From Octopus sinensis (Eukaryota), in NCBI RefSeq assembly GCF_006345805.1, contig NC_043014.1, positions 28,892,001 to 28,956,000 of the forward strand: 64,000 nt of DNA. Direction: 5' to 3'. Shown piece by piece: positions 26,430 through 38,619 of the stretch. Numbering within the stretch: position 1 is the first letter of the stretch; each line of letters begins with the position of its first letter. A program made the translations under genes and the position numbers. Below the pieces are notes generated by a model that saw only the letters and a list, made by a program, of their open reading frames with translations, was not told the DNA's origin and did no database searches.

Positions 26430-28250
26430 TCAATAATATTTCAAGTGCTCAAAACCCTAATGATAATCTTTCCTGTTCCTGACGGGCATACCATCGGCAG
26501 AAACTCTACAAGACTTTCCGTCAACTATCTGTTTATATCATTACTCACTGTCCCTAATGCACCAATTTTTGCAGGCACAACATTTACAGTTTCATATTTC
26601 AAAGTGATTGTGTTTTAAAATGTTTTCTTCTTTCTTTACAATCCTGGAATTAAGCGGACATGATAACTCAGTCAGTAAGCAAATTCGCCTTTCTTTGTCT
26701 ATTGTTGTTATAACTGGTTTATTATTTTCTATCTTATCCGTCTGAATTGGAAAAACCATAAAATCTTGCATTTTCCGACTCTAGCACCCTGTCAACCCAA
26801 TGATTATACTAAGTACTTCTAGCTTCAAACCCCCATTTCTCACAAAGCTTCGAGTGCAAAACTTTCACGACTTGCCCATGCCTCCATTTCTTAAATTCGC
26901 CCAGAGCCAACTTGGAACATTCTGCAACAATGTGTGCCATTGTTTTATTCCAAATTCAACATACTCTACATTTTACTGACACCTTCTCCCCATACACGCA
27001 TTTTCTCAAGTTGTATGCTTTTAACGCTTGATCTTGAGCAGCTATAACAAGGCTCTCTGTTTCTTTTCTCAATTGTCCATTTTTAACTAAGCAATTGCCT
27101 TTTATTCAACAAAGCTCAGGTTTTCATTCCACATGCAACCTCAGTGGCTTTCCAAACCTGGCCAGCATGCTGTCTTTGAATTGCATTCTTGTTCTTCTCT
27201 CCTATTCCACACTTAGTCGTCTGATCTTTATTCACTGTCTTTAGAAATTTCTCTGTGCTGTTCTGTAAATATTCTAGTAGGGTTTTTTCTTCTTTTCCAT
27301 CTGTACACATTCTTCCACAGCAATTAAGCCTCTTCCATCGTAGCCTCTCATAAAGTACAACCGGTTAATATCAGCTTCGGATGGTAGGTTCCATACATAA
27401 TAAACATCTTTCTAGTTTTTGTGTGAAATTTCTGTATGTCGCTTTTGGTCCGGTCTACAATTCAAACTCCATATCTGACAACCGGTACTGCTTTTGCATT
27501 TATTGCTTCAATAACATTTTTAGAATTCATCTTTGGCTGTAATATTTTTCTCACACTCCTAGTTGTAATTTGCTTTATCTCTTCATGTTTTATTTCATCT
27601 GCCTTCAGTATTCCCAAATTCTGATATCACTGTCCTGTCTCAACTACTTTCATTATTTGCCCATTTGACATGTCTATTGCTTGGCTTCCTTCAAATCTTC
27701 CTCGTTTCCTTATCAATGCAATGCACTTTTCAGTCCCAAATTCCATACCTACATCATTTGAGAAAATACAAACGGTATGTACAAGACTTTCAAGACACTT
27801 CTCGTTTTTCTTATAAAGCTTTATATCAGCCATAAAAAGGAGATTATTTGTCTTAGCATATCCTTTTCCCAAATCATAAGCTATTTTAACTTCTCGCAAT
27901 ATCAAACTCAGCGGTACAAATAGTAATGGAGATAAACTATCACCTTGAAATATACCACTTCTGATGTTCACTTTCCTCAAGTCTTTGTTTTCCTTCAATC
28001 AATTCAGTATTCCAATACTTCATACTTTCATTAACCATTTTCTCCATATTTTCTGCCACTCCAAGCATGCTCATTGTTTTACTTATCCACGTATCCAGTG
28101 TAGTTAGATATGATTTTCTGTAATTCAACCATGCAACATTCGATCCCATTAATAGCCGTCTACAATTTCTATTTATCATTTTATCAACTAATAACAGGTC
28201 TTTATTTGCCTTTCGGTATCCTTTCTGTTATACTGATAATAAATTGTTAC
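26430..28250 (-). mobile_element. R4/Dong-clade LINE 3' half (RT, CCHC, restriction-like endonuclease), frameshifted
   Basis: VNIRSGIFQGDSLSPLLF...LLFMADIKLY...DVGMEFGTEKC (RT); downstream AQDQAL, C..C..E...H, ILWF..QTD, PDI and IGALG remnants. Confidence 0.9.
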
Positions 28251-28255
28251 TTTCC

Positions 28256-28256
<1 letters not shown>

Positions 28257-28291
<35 letters not shown>

Positions 28292-28545
28292 CAACAATAA
28301 TAATAATAACAATAATAATAATAACAATAATAATAACAACAATAATAATAACAACAATAATAATAACAACAATAATAATAACAACAATAATAATAATAAC
28401 AATAATAACAATAATAACAATAATAACAATAATAACAATAATAACAACAATAATAACAATAATAACAACAATAATAATAATAACAATAATAACAACAATA
28501 ATAATAATATAATTATTATTATTATCAGTATTATTATTATTCAAT
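28257..28545. repeat. (AAT/AAC)n array ending in an inverted (TTA)n junction
   Basis: Direct reading: ...ataataatataattattattatt... Confidence 0.97.
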
Positions 28546-29190
28546 GTGTTGGCACAGATTCTAACGCTGGAGATGTACTAGAGTGCCAGCTGTTCACAAC
28601 CAGTGAACTCAGGTAACACCTTTTATTTTTTGGGCACCATCTGGTATATTCAAACGGTTCCATGCAGTACTGTTTCTGCAAGTGCTCCACCCTTATTACA
28701 GCTTCTATTTGTTCCATGTACTTCTCAAGATTTTTACTCACTGTTCCCAGGGCTCCAATAATTATTGGTACTACTACACCTTTTTCAGGGACCACAACTG
28801 CTTAACCTCCCAAGCTAACCTATCACATCTATCGACTTTTCTTTCTTCCTTATTGCATACCTTGTTGTCAGCTGGGCATGTTATCTATATCTATGAGCCA
28901 GCATTATTTGCTTTCTTTCTCAATTAACACTATTTCCGGCTTCCTATTCTCTATCTCATGGTCGCATTGAATCATAAAATCCCATAGGATCTTTGCATTT
29001 CTATTTTCGACGATGCCTTCAAGTTTGTGGTCGTACCAATTTTTTGCTCTGTCAAGTCTATACTTGTTGCAAAGTGTCCAATGGACAAGCCTGGCTATGT
29101 TGCCGTGGTTCCTCTTATATTCCTTCTGGGCTAGCGGCATACATTGGTTGGTAATATGCCATACGGTTTCATAGTGGCGTACAATAGCTG
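28546..29190 (-). mobile_element. Second R4/Dong-clade LINE 3' fragment (REL endonuclease)
   Basis: CMPLAQKEYKRNHGNIARLVHWTLC...KILWDFMIQCDHEIENRKPEIVLIEK...VVVPIIIGALGTVSKNLEKY; AAT-type repeats on both sides. Confidence 0.92.
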
Positions 29191-29608
29191 GTATCATTAT
29201 TATTATTATTATTATCATTATTATTATTATTTAATGAAAACTCTCAGCTTACTTCGATGGGAATTAGGGAAAGTGTCAGCTGTTCACAGCCAGCAGACTA
29301 AGGTGACACTTGTGTATTGGCCATGCTTAAAAACCCTTGCGAAGAATTCTTGCAGTTCCAAACAATGCTGATATTTGTAGGTGTTCTACCTTTACATTTG
29401 TACCAATCTTTTTGAGCCATGCTGGTAGTTAGAGCTTATACTTTCAAGTGCGCCAGTTACTATTAGTATCACGTCTGCCCTCCTCATTAACCACAACCTT
29501 CGTATTTCCCCCACTCCAAATCGTCGTAATTGTTCAGTTTTTCTTCTTTCTCTTTGATCCCATTGCCACCGGAAATGTTATGCAAATTATCATGCATTGT
29601 TGTTGTTG

Positions 29609-29650
<42 letters not shown>

Positions 29651-29699
29651 GTGTGTGTATATGTGTCTTTGTATGTGTGTGTGTGTTCTAAAACTCGAC

Positions 29700-30230
29700 G
29701 CCTAGAAGCATCAACACACGCTCTTCTAGGCGGAACAAGTTTTGAAAGAAATATGGGCCGATGTATACTATGTCACCAAAGGAAGGAAATTAGGCTGTGT
29801 CGAGATCCTCTTCAAGAGTGAAGTCTTCACTCTGGAGCACTTCACATCCCCATTACATTAACGAGTGCTTTTGATTTACCCAACTTATCTAGATAGAAAG
29901 AACTGCCGCAACTGAGGTGGACATCTGGGAGTTGTTAGCTTGTGTTACTTTGAAAAACTCCTCGAAATAAAACGAACGAAGAGAGTTGTGGTCTGAGAGC
30001 GCAGTGGAGATCCTTATCCAGATGAGCTCGGAGTAGGTGGAAAAGATCTTAGGTCTAATTCAGTTGCTCAACGGAGAGAACATGCGAGTTGCGGTTGAGG
30101 AAAGAAAGACAAGATGTCACCTGTGTGGTGCGAAATGTCGCTCCCAAAATTTCTGTACTGAAAAAAAAAAGCAGGAGAGAGAAGTTCCCATAGCTGTCGA
30201 CACCTTACTCCCAACGACAGCAACAACATA
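29700..30230 (+). mobile_element. Possible L1/Tx1 ORF1 (gag-like) remnant
   Basis: LNGENMRVAVEERKTRCHLCGAKC, resembling the V.VEGR..RCHLCG..GH knuckle of Tx1 ORF1. Confidence 0.5.
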
Positions 30231-30274
30231 GAGTAGTAAAATCACCAGTGAAACGAACAGAAACAGCAGCAGCA

Positions 30275-30640
30275 GCGGAGACGCAATGGCCCAGTGGTCA
30301 GGGCAGCGGATTCGCGGTTTCGATTCCCAGACCGGGCGATGTGTGTGTTTATTGAGCGAAAACACCTAAAGTTCCACGAGGCTCCGGCAGGGAGTGGTGG
30401 CGACCCCTGTTGTACTCTTTCGCCCCAACTTTCTCTCACTCTTTCTTCCTGTTTCTTGTCCCCGACTTCCTAAGCAATCGGTGAGCCTGGATGCGCATTC
30501 ATCCATCCGTCGATGCTCTCGGTGTCGGGGGTTGACCTGCTTTCTCTTCTGCGGGTCTTACGAATAGCAAAGGACCACGTTTCGGACTTCTCCCATCTTG
30601 CGAGCTCTGGTACGAAGACCGTTCGCTCAACAGCAACAGC
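30275..30640 (+). mobile_element. SINE family C variant
   Basis: ggagacgcaatggcccagtggtcagggcagcgg...tttcgattcccagaccgggcg...; related minus copy at 63470-63710. Confidence 0.85.
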
Positions 30641-31099
30641 AACAACACTAAGAACATTGATAACAGTAGTCACAGCAATCACGATATGGACAACAGTAGA
30701 ACTTAAACCTACGACCGATGCAAATATCCATATCTCATCCAAAACTCGTCAAATTTAACCGAAACACTCTGTAAAAAATACTGACAGAGTATTTCCCCTC
30801 CCCAATGGTGTGAGAAGTCTAAACGTAAGGGCCAGCAGTAGGCACCTAAAGGCACCTCCCAAAGAAAACTGCAAACTGCATGGAGACCGATCCATCAGGG
30901 CTCCCGAACACCAAATACGTAACTCGTTTCCTTTTCTCCTCGTTATTTTTAAACCAACAAGGTGGCTCTGAGAGGGGGATTTTTAAATGCTCATAGTCTG
31001 AGGTCACTTTGGAAGCAGGGGCGCCTGCCCATTGATCTCACGTCGCTAGGTTAGGATGTGATAGCCATCATCATGATCGAAATCTCCGACACCCAAAAG

Positions 31100-32035
31100 A
31101 TTAAGTTAGCGAGCTGGCAGAATGTTTAGCATGCTTGGCAGAATAGTTAGCATGCTTGGCAAAATGATTTCAAATTCCACCGAGGTCGACTTTACCTGGA
31201 TTCGATACAATCGACTTACTCACTCCCCCACGAAATTACGTGGGTGGAATAATATCTGAAATATCTGTCTATTTCTCAATCAGTATGAATAGTTACAATA
31301 TTATTTCTTGTGTCATTTTCTGATATCTTTTTGTAATATATTTTCTATGTCGATATTTTTTGCTCAGCCATACCTGAACGTATAAGAAGTTTGGGAATGA
31401 CATGGCACATTTTTATAATGTATCATTAAAATTCCGTTCTGTAAATGAAGCTTTTAGTTTGTGACGAGAAGTTTGGGGTTATGTTCACAGAACGAAATCC
31501 TCTGAATACTAGAGTTTGTTCTGAATTCGTTCTCATATTACTTATAATTTGTTCGTTTATGGCATATATTTACCATTTAGAAAGACATGTCTGGATGCAA
31601 ATATTGCTTTAAATTTTTGGGCAACGCCAGTAAATTTGGAAAGGGGATAAGTCGATTACATCAACCACAGTGATCAAATGATACGTATTTTATCGACCCC
31701 GAAGGAATGCAAGGCAAAATCAACTCAGAACGCAAACACGGACGAAATGCCGCAAAACATTTTGCCCGGCGCGCCAAACATTCTGCCAAATCACCGTCTC
31801 AATCTTGCTACGAATATCGGTCTCCAATTTTGACAGAAGGCCAGTAATCTCGGACGAAGGGTAAAGTCGATTACATCGACCCCCAATCACCAAATAGTAC
31901 TTATTTTATCGACCCCGAGAGGATGAAGGGCAAAGTCAATCTCGGCGAAATTTGAACTGAGAACGTAAAGGTGGAGGAAATGCCGCTAAGCATTTTGTCC
32001 GCCCTGCTAACGATTCTGCCAGCTCGCCATCTTAA
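31100..32035. mobile_element. SINE family B copies: plus 31100-31250, two tandem minus copies 31600-32035
   Basis: Family B head and ccttcgggg/gtcgataaa central domain. Confidence 0.85.
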
Positions 32036-32280
32036 TCTTACCACAAATATTGCCTCCGATTTTTGAAGTTGAAGTTTAATAATTTTTATAGGTATTTTTA
32101 AAAATTGTGTCTTTGTTTAATCTTACACTTTTATCTCTAAAATTATCTCTTTTCTTCAAATTCATGTTTTTCTTTTATCTTTTGATAGCCAGAAAATAGC
32201 GAACAATCATGTTTCCTCTCTCCAGCAATAACATTTTGTTATCTTAAAGAAGCTAGTTTGCATAAATTTTCTAATTTCAG

Positions 32281-32306
32281 AATGCATTTACCTCCTTGTG
32301 TTTCAG
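32281..32306 (+). other. Candidate 26-nt microexon
   Basis: ttttctaatttcag| ... CAG|gtaaat. Confidence 0.3.
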
Positions 32307-32617
32307 GTAAATATATTATCTTTACGTCTATTTTAGGTAGCACACTGTCAAAATTGTCATTATCTTATCGCTCGCTTTATACTTGACAACTCACTAAATA
32401 TTTAAATGAGTACATAATGGACCAACTAAAATTAAGATACCTATAATATTTTTTTAGCATTGCTATAAGTAATGAGAGTATTAATCTGACACAGCTATAA
32501 TATTCTCTTTTGAATGGATTTTCAGTGTTGTATTCCGTATATATATATATATATCTACTCATAAGCATATACCTGACCTTGGACCAGTTCTCTTATCTCT
32601 CTTCTTTATCTCGCAAG

Positions 32618-32638
32618 ACAATACTGGTTGTGTGTGAG
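32618..32638 (+). other. Candidate 21-nt microexon
   Basis: ttctcttatctctcttctttatctcgcaag|ACAATACTGGTTGTGTGTGAG|gtaact. Confidence 0.35.
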
Positions 32639-32879
32639 GTAACTGTCTGTGATCTCCAGCCAAGAGAATGAGGTTATCAACACACAAGCTGTACCTTGTC
32701 ATCACGTTCATTCTAGAGTAGCATATTGATTAACGGACCTTAGTAGTAAATTAAGAACGGAATGCAGAAAATGAAATGGGAATTTTTTCTACTTGAAAAT
32801 CTTTACATGTTCATTTATATATTCGATCTATCCGCTAATTATTAGTACTGTTTTACCTCAATATTTAGTGTAAATTATT

Positions 32880-33480
32880 TACTTATTGGCTATAACATAT
32901 TTTGGTTCCACCTTATTAACTCCCAACACTCACCTTATTGGTACTACATTACTAACTGTAAATTAACCACTTACTATTGGTACCGCAGTACTAATTATAA
33001 ATTGACCACTTATTGTTAGTACCACTATACTAACTTACTATTTGTACTACATTACTAACTGTAAATTAACCACTTACTATTGGTACCACAGTACTAATTA
33101 TAAATTGACCACTTATTGTTGGTACCACTATACTAACTTACTATTTGTACGACATTACTAACTGTAAATTAACTACTAATTGTTGGTACCACTATATTAA
33201 CTTGGTACTATCCACTTGCTATTGGTACCGCATTACTAACTATAAATTTAGTACAATCCAGTTATCATTGATACTACATTACTAACTGTAAAATGACAAT
33301 TTGCTGTTGGTAGCACTATACCAACTTGGTATTATTCACTTATTAGTTTCATATCACTAGCTCTAAATTTTGGTGCCACCTTACTAACAGTGGACTGTCT
33401 ACATATTATAGGCGCCGCTTTACTAATTGTCAATAGCACACTTATTAGTGATACCAACTAACTATATACTATCCACCTAT
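32880..33480. repeat. AT-rich minisatellite (about 39-bp monomer) with 103-bp higher-order unit
   Basis: tac(t/g)acattactaactgtaaattaac at 32942, 33045 and 33148. Confidence 0.85.
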
Positions 33481-33499
33481 TATTAATGCTACTTTTCAA

Positions 33500-34128
33500 G
33501 GAACAAGGCCCCTACCGACGCATAGGCTCATAAGGCCGGTTTCCCGAATTCTGCATCATTATTCATTTTTGCCAGCTGAGTGGACCGGATCACTGCGAAA
33601 TTCAAGAACTCAGCACATCACTCGGTTCAGGAATTGAAACCAAAATATTACGATTATGAGCGTAACACTTTAATCTCTAAGTCACAATCTCACTTGTATA
33701 AATTGTCATGTCATTGGTGTCACCTTGCTAATCAAGAATAGGTGCTAATTACAAATAGTAAGTTATTATTCTTATACCAATATTGTTCCTTACAGTTGCT
33801 GCTACCTTATTAACTGCAGACCGTTCCTTCTTCGTGAAACATTAAAACAACATTCATAAATGCGCCCTTTTAAAGCCTAGCCAGGCTCATGGGCCCGGTT
33901 TCCCGGTTTCTATGGCGTATATGTTCCCCAGCTGGACAGGACGCCAGTCCATCGCAGCGTTACTCATTTTTGCCAGCTGAATGAACTGGAACAACGTGAA
34001 ATGAAGTGTTTTGCTCAAGAACACAACGCGTCGCTTGGTCCAGGAATCGAAACCACAATCTTACGATCATGATGCTAACACCCTAACCAATAAGCCACGC
34101 GTCTCCACTTCGTGGAACATTACTAACA
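33500..34128 (-). mobile_element. SINE family E: partial copy 33500-33690, full copy 33858-34128
   Basis: Minus-strand tRNA head gtggagacgcgtggcttattggttaggg...tttcgattcctgg; cttgagcaaaacact domain; tail gaaaccggg.ccatgagcctggctaggctttaaaagggcgcat. Confidence 0.85.
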
Positions 34129-34186
34129 CTAAATTGCTACTTTTTTTATTAACAACACCTTAGTGCCTGTACATTAAGCCCATATT

Positions 34187-34547
34187 GGTTACACCAGTGA
34201 TTCTCAAACTTTTTCTTTTACCTATGGACCCCTTTGATTACTATTTTATTCTGGTGGACCTCCATAGCCACTCGATGCTAAAAAACTGGTTTTATAGATA
34301 CTTCTTTCAAAGTTCCTTTTTTTGATATTCATGCGTTAACTTGTGTAGGTCGGACTATGTAAAACGTTAGAGGAAGGAACCCGGCTGTTTCATGCAACAA
34401 ATACATTTAAAGCAAAACTTTTTCATGGACCCTCAAAATACTACTGTGGATCCCCAATTCACTACTTCTTTTGCGTGGACCCCCGCACATCTTACATAGA
34501 CCTGCTAGGGTGAAATAGATCCCGATTGAGAACCATTAGGTGTAACC
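34187..34547. mobile_element. MITE (cagtg.ttctcaa TIR family)
   Basis: ggttacaccagtgattctcaa ... ttgagaaccattaggtgtaacc; internal ggacccc motifs; related piece at 34940-35092. Confidence 0.75.
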
Positions 34548-35334
34548 TAGTGGGATTTGAACTCCGGACTTAAAGAGGGGCGAAATTCCGCTAAGCATTT
34601 CACCCAGTCTGCTAACGATTCTGCCAGCTCGCCGCCTAACTGGCCACGATACAGGACGATACAATGTGGGATTGCGTAAAAAATGAGTAAACAAGAAAAG
34701 TAGCAAAAATATTCAAACAGATTCTCAAGACGACTTTCGGGGGCTATCTGATCTCCAAAGCAAGCGCTCTCTCACCAAGTCTTCTTTCTCTAGTCTACAG
34801 GAGCATGTTCAGAGTAGGCTCATTCACCCGGACTAGTCTTGCCACTCACATCCACTCTTCATCAATACATAATATAAATAATTTATTATATTTTTATTGG
34901 GTGTACGTAACCGATTGAAAAATCTCCCTTGTTGTATACCAGTTGTTCTCAACCTTTTTACTACCAAGGATACCTTTTATTTAAATGAGTTTTCCCATGG
35001 ATCCCAGGATATTGAAAGATCAGTTAGCTTAACATGTTCACGGACCCCGGCACTACCTTTGCGGACCACAGGGTGGGAACTACTGTTGCATACTAACGTT
35101 TGGTATTACTGATACAAAATCACTAAGTACAAATCGTCTCTTATAATTATTTGCCAAAGTATAAGAACTAAATTGTCCACATTTTAATGGTACCAACTTA
35201 CTAATTGTAAATTAGTACTGGTATCACATTATTAGATTTGAATAGTTTCTTTTAACTTGTACCACCATACTACCAATTTACCGTGAATTGTCGACTCACT
35301 TATCGTTTTACCTTACAAAATATAAACTGCCTTG

Positions 35335-35745
35335 AGTTATTCTTTTCTACTCTAGGCACAAGGCCCAAAAGTTTTGGGGAGGTGGTAGTCGATTAGATCG
35401 ACCCCAGTACACAACTGGTATTTAATTTATAGACCCCAAAAGGATGAAAGGCAAAGTCGACCCTCGACGGAATTTGAACTCAGAACGTTAAGACAGATGA
35501 AATACTTATTCCTTTACTATCCACAAGGGGCTAAACACAGAGGGGACAAACAAGGACAGACAAACGGTTTAAGTCGATTACATCGACCCCAGTGCGTAAC
35601 TGGTACTTAATTTATTGACCCCGAAAGGATGAAAGGCAAAGTCGACCTCGGCGGAATTTGAACTCAGAACGTAAAGACAGACGAAATGCCGCTAGACATT
35701 TCGCCCGGCGTGATAACGTTTCTGCCAGCTTGCCGCCTTAACCGC
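35335..35745 (-). mobile_element. Dimeric SINE family B, full length
   Basis: One tRNA head (35700-35745) followed by two copies of the B-box/central domain separated by a linker. Confidence 0.85.
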
Positions 35746-35914
35746 CTTGAGATATTGGTGTCACTATTTAAAGAGCAGATTTTTATTGGTCCCACATTAC
35801 TTACTCTAAAGTGTTACCTTAAAAACGGCTGACTGGAACTTGTTATTTATTAGCTCTGCCTTACTTATTCGAAATTGTCCACTTTTACTATGTGCCTAAA
35901 CTGTTCCCCAATAT

Positions 35915-36580
35915 TATCTTAAATGCAAACTGTCCTTCATAATTACTATCAACATATTATAGAACCACACCCCACTCTTATTCGGCGCTCAAACCCCAAG
36001 CAACCATTACCCAGGAAAAAAATAAAAATGTGCTGTTAATTCGTCAAACAATTTTGTGCTAATTTGTTAATTAATTGCCATTAAAAGAAAGTTTCTACAG
36101 TATCTAAAATGGATAAAATGTTTCGTCTATTTTAATTGTAAACTGTTCTTTATTATTACTACCAACATATTATAGAACCTGCACACCCTCTTATACGACA
36201 CTCCAAATAACTGTAAATCCTAAGCAACCCAGGAGAAAATAAATTAAAATGTGCTGTTAATTAGTCAAGAAATTTTGTCCTAATTTGTTAATTGCCATTA
36301 AAAGAAAGTTTCTAGTTATCTAAAATGGATAAATTGTCCCGTCCTTATAGGTTCACCATACTATCTTAGCTGTAATATGTCCTTTTTTATTACTATCAAC
36401 ATATTATAGAACCCTCCTCTTATCCGGCACTCAAATAACCGGAAATCTCAAGCAACCGGCACCCAGGAAAAAATAATTTAAAATGTGTTGTTAATTAGAG
36501 TCAAGAAATGTTGTGCTAATTTGTGTTAATTGATTAATTACCATTAAAAGAAAGTTTCTACTGTGTCTAAAATGGATGTT
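35915..36580. repeat. Three diverged tandem copies (about 213-234 bp) containing a pogo/Tigger-like MITE end
   Basis: attacta.caacatattatagaacc at 35942, 36155 and 36389; copy 3 contains cctcttatccggcactc. Confidence 0.85.
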
Positions 36581-36734
36581 TTCTTTTCAAACCACAATTC
36601 AGAATCTTGTTTTACTGCATTTGCAATACCTGTATTTCATTAGGTTAATAAAAATTTTATTTAAATTATATTTTTTATTTATTCTTTTTATCTCATTTCT
36701 GCTATATTCGAAATATTATTGATGTATGTCTTTT

Positions 36735-36960
36735 ATCTTTTACCTATTTCAGTCATTTTATGTCGGTCAAGCTGGAGCACCGCTTTGAAGAAATTATAGT
36801 CGAATGATTCGACCTCCGTATTTATTTTTTGATAAACCTGGTACTTACCGTATCCGATTCTTTTGCAACCGCTAAGTTGCGGGGACATAAACACACCAAC
36901 AGCGGTTGAGAAGCTGTGGTGGGGAAAACACAGATGCAAAGACACAAACACACGCTTAGC
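36735..36960 (-). mobile_element. SINE family A tail
   Basis: tttcagtcatttt...gctggagcaccgc...gcaaccgctaagttgcggggacataaacacacc. Confidence 0.8.
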
Positions 36961-37059
36961 AGCATAGGCGATGGAGACGCCTATACTGCTAAGTGCTTTA
37001 TCGGTGCGAAACCAATGGTCACTCAATGACCATCCACAACTTTTAGCATCCCAACACAC

Positions 37060-37490
37060 GTATATCTATTGGATTTTGGTCATAAGGTATTGGAATATTA
37101 TATGTATACCATTCTGCCTAAAAGATCACTTTAATCACAACCCTGGATTCAATAACACTGTGTATAAACTCTACACTCGGAATGACCAATTTTAGATACT
37201 ATTGGATTTTATTCATAAAGTATTGGAATCTTATATGTATACCATTCTGCTTTAAAAAATGGATCTACTAGTGCAATATCCCTACATATCTCACATCTAT
37301 TTTCTTTTACTTCCTCCACCTCACTCTCTATTTTATATCGCATCTAAATTAACTATTTCTTAACCTTCCTCTCACACTGTCTCCGTTGAAGGGATATAAT
37401 AAATATCCTGGAAACAGCTGTAAGACCTTCTATCTATAAATGTTCTAAAATCTACACAGCCTTGGTTTTTTAATCTCATTACGAAATAAA
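37060..37490 (+). mobile_element. Penelope-like 3' terminal-repeat remnant
   Basis: Internal about 50-bp duplication and a minimal hammerhead-like motif at 37379-37426. Confidence 0.6.
37379..37426 (+). ncRNA. Minimal type I hammerhead-like motif with mutated core
   Basis: GTCT-CCGTTGA-(agggata...tatcct)-g-GAAAC-AGCT-GTA-AGAC: helix I GTCT/AGAC, palindromic helix III ACAGCTGT, cleavage triplet GUA. Confidence 0.6.
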
Positions 37491-37493
37491 ATA

Positions 37494-37529
<36 letters not shown>

Positions 37530-37530
<1 letters not shown>

Positions 37531-37827
37531 TAGCAGTATCGCCCGGCGTTGCTCGGGTTTGTAAGTGAAATAACTATATAAGCATTTTTAGAAAGTTACT
37601 TCCCTTATATAATAGCCAAAAAATGCATTAAAAATGGGAAAAAATGATGGTAATTTTTTTTTTAATCGTAGACTCATCGTAGACGCGTGCTAATACCCAG
37701 AAGGGCTCGATATGAATCACGACTATAAGATACCCGCTTTTGGTTAAACTGCACCGCAAAATGTGGGAGTAGTTAGGAATCTAAATCGTAGGAGACAGAC
37801 ACACAACTTCACTTTTATATATAAAGA
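37530..37827 (-). mobile_element. Non-autonomous Helitron (298 bp)
   Basis: Minus strand A|TC...cccgagcaacgccggg hairpin...CTAG|T; no TSD. Confidence 0.9.
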
Positions 37828-37835
37828 TATATATA

Positions 37836-37869
<34 letters not shown>

Positions 37870-37891
<22 letters not shown>

Positions 37892-38030
37892 CACAGACTT
37901 CTTACAGTTTCTGACTACCAAATCCACTTACAAAGCAGGAGACACTTGCTCAAAGTGTCACGCACTGGTATTGAACCCAGAACCATAATTTTGGGAAGTA
38001 AAATTCTTTAGCACACAGCCACGCTCACGC
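37870..38030 (-). mobile_element. SINE family A head
   Basis: cttcttacagtttc...caaatccact...gacacttgctcaaagtgtcacgc...cacagccacgc. Confidence 0.8.
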
Positions 38031-38084
38031 CTGTGAAGAGTTTTGACGAGTCATGTAAGCTGCTATGGGAATTTAAAAGTGATA

Positions 38085-38160
38085 ATCAGATATCCGGAAA
38101 ATTCAGTTATCCGGCACACTTCAGGTGCTAGTGGTGCTGGACAAGAAGTTTACTGTGAAT
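38085..38160. mobile_element. pogo/Tigger-like MITE right end
   Basis: ttatccggcacact...ggtgctggacaagaagtttactgt, roughly complementary to the end at about 36410. Confidence 0.45.
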
Positions 38161-38619
38161 TTAAATCTTTCCACCATATTACCTGTGAATTGTATTCATA
38201 TTGATAGATGCACGTCCTTTAGTACAAATTGAAACCTTAGAAACCCTCCATTACGAATTTTAAATCGTGGCCCTATTATTAACCCCACCTTACTTTCTAT
38301 AAATTGTTCATTCATTATTGGTGCTACCTTGCAGACACTTTCTACCTTCATAAGGAAAAAATCATATTTTGTTTTCGGTAATTTCTAATTGTAAACTATT
38401 CAATTATAAATTGGTTGTAAATGGTACTACCTCACAAGTTACGCATTGCCCCTTTCTAAGTGGATCAGCATCATTAATTCAAATTGGTCCCTTGATTTAT
38501 ATTTCGCTTTACCATCAACGGTCTGCGTAGTACTGGTGCAAACAGCTAATTAGCATCATATTACTTCTCCAACGTAATGAAATGAATCTTTCCGCGTATT
38601 CAATATTGATTAATATTAA

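Noticed and set aside
31010-31027. CTCF motif gaagcaggggcgcc
   Set aside because: One G short of the core spacing and lacks the CC start.
32880-33480. CRISPR-like repeat array
   Set aside because: No constant repeat with unique spacers; units are degenerate tandem monomers; eukaryotic context and no cas genes.
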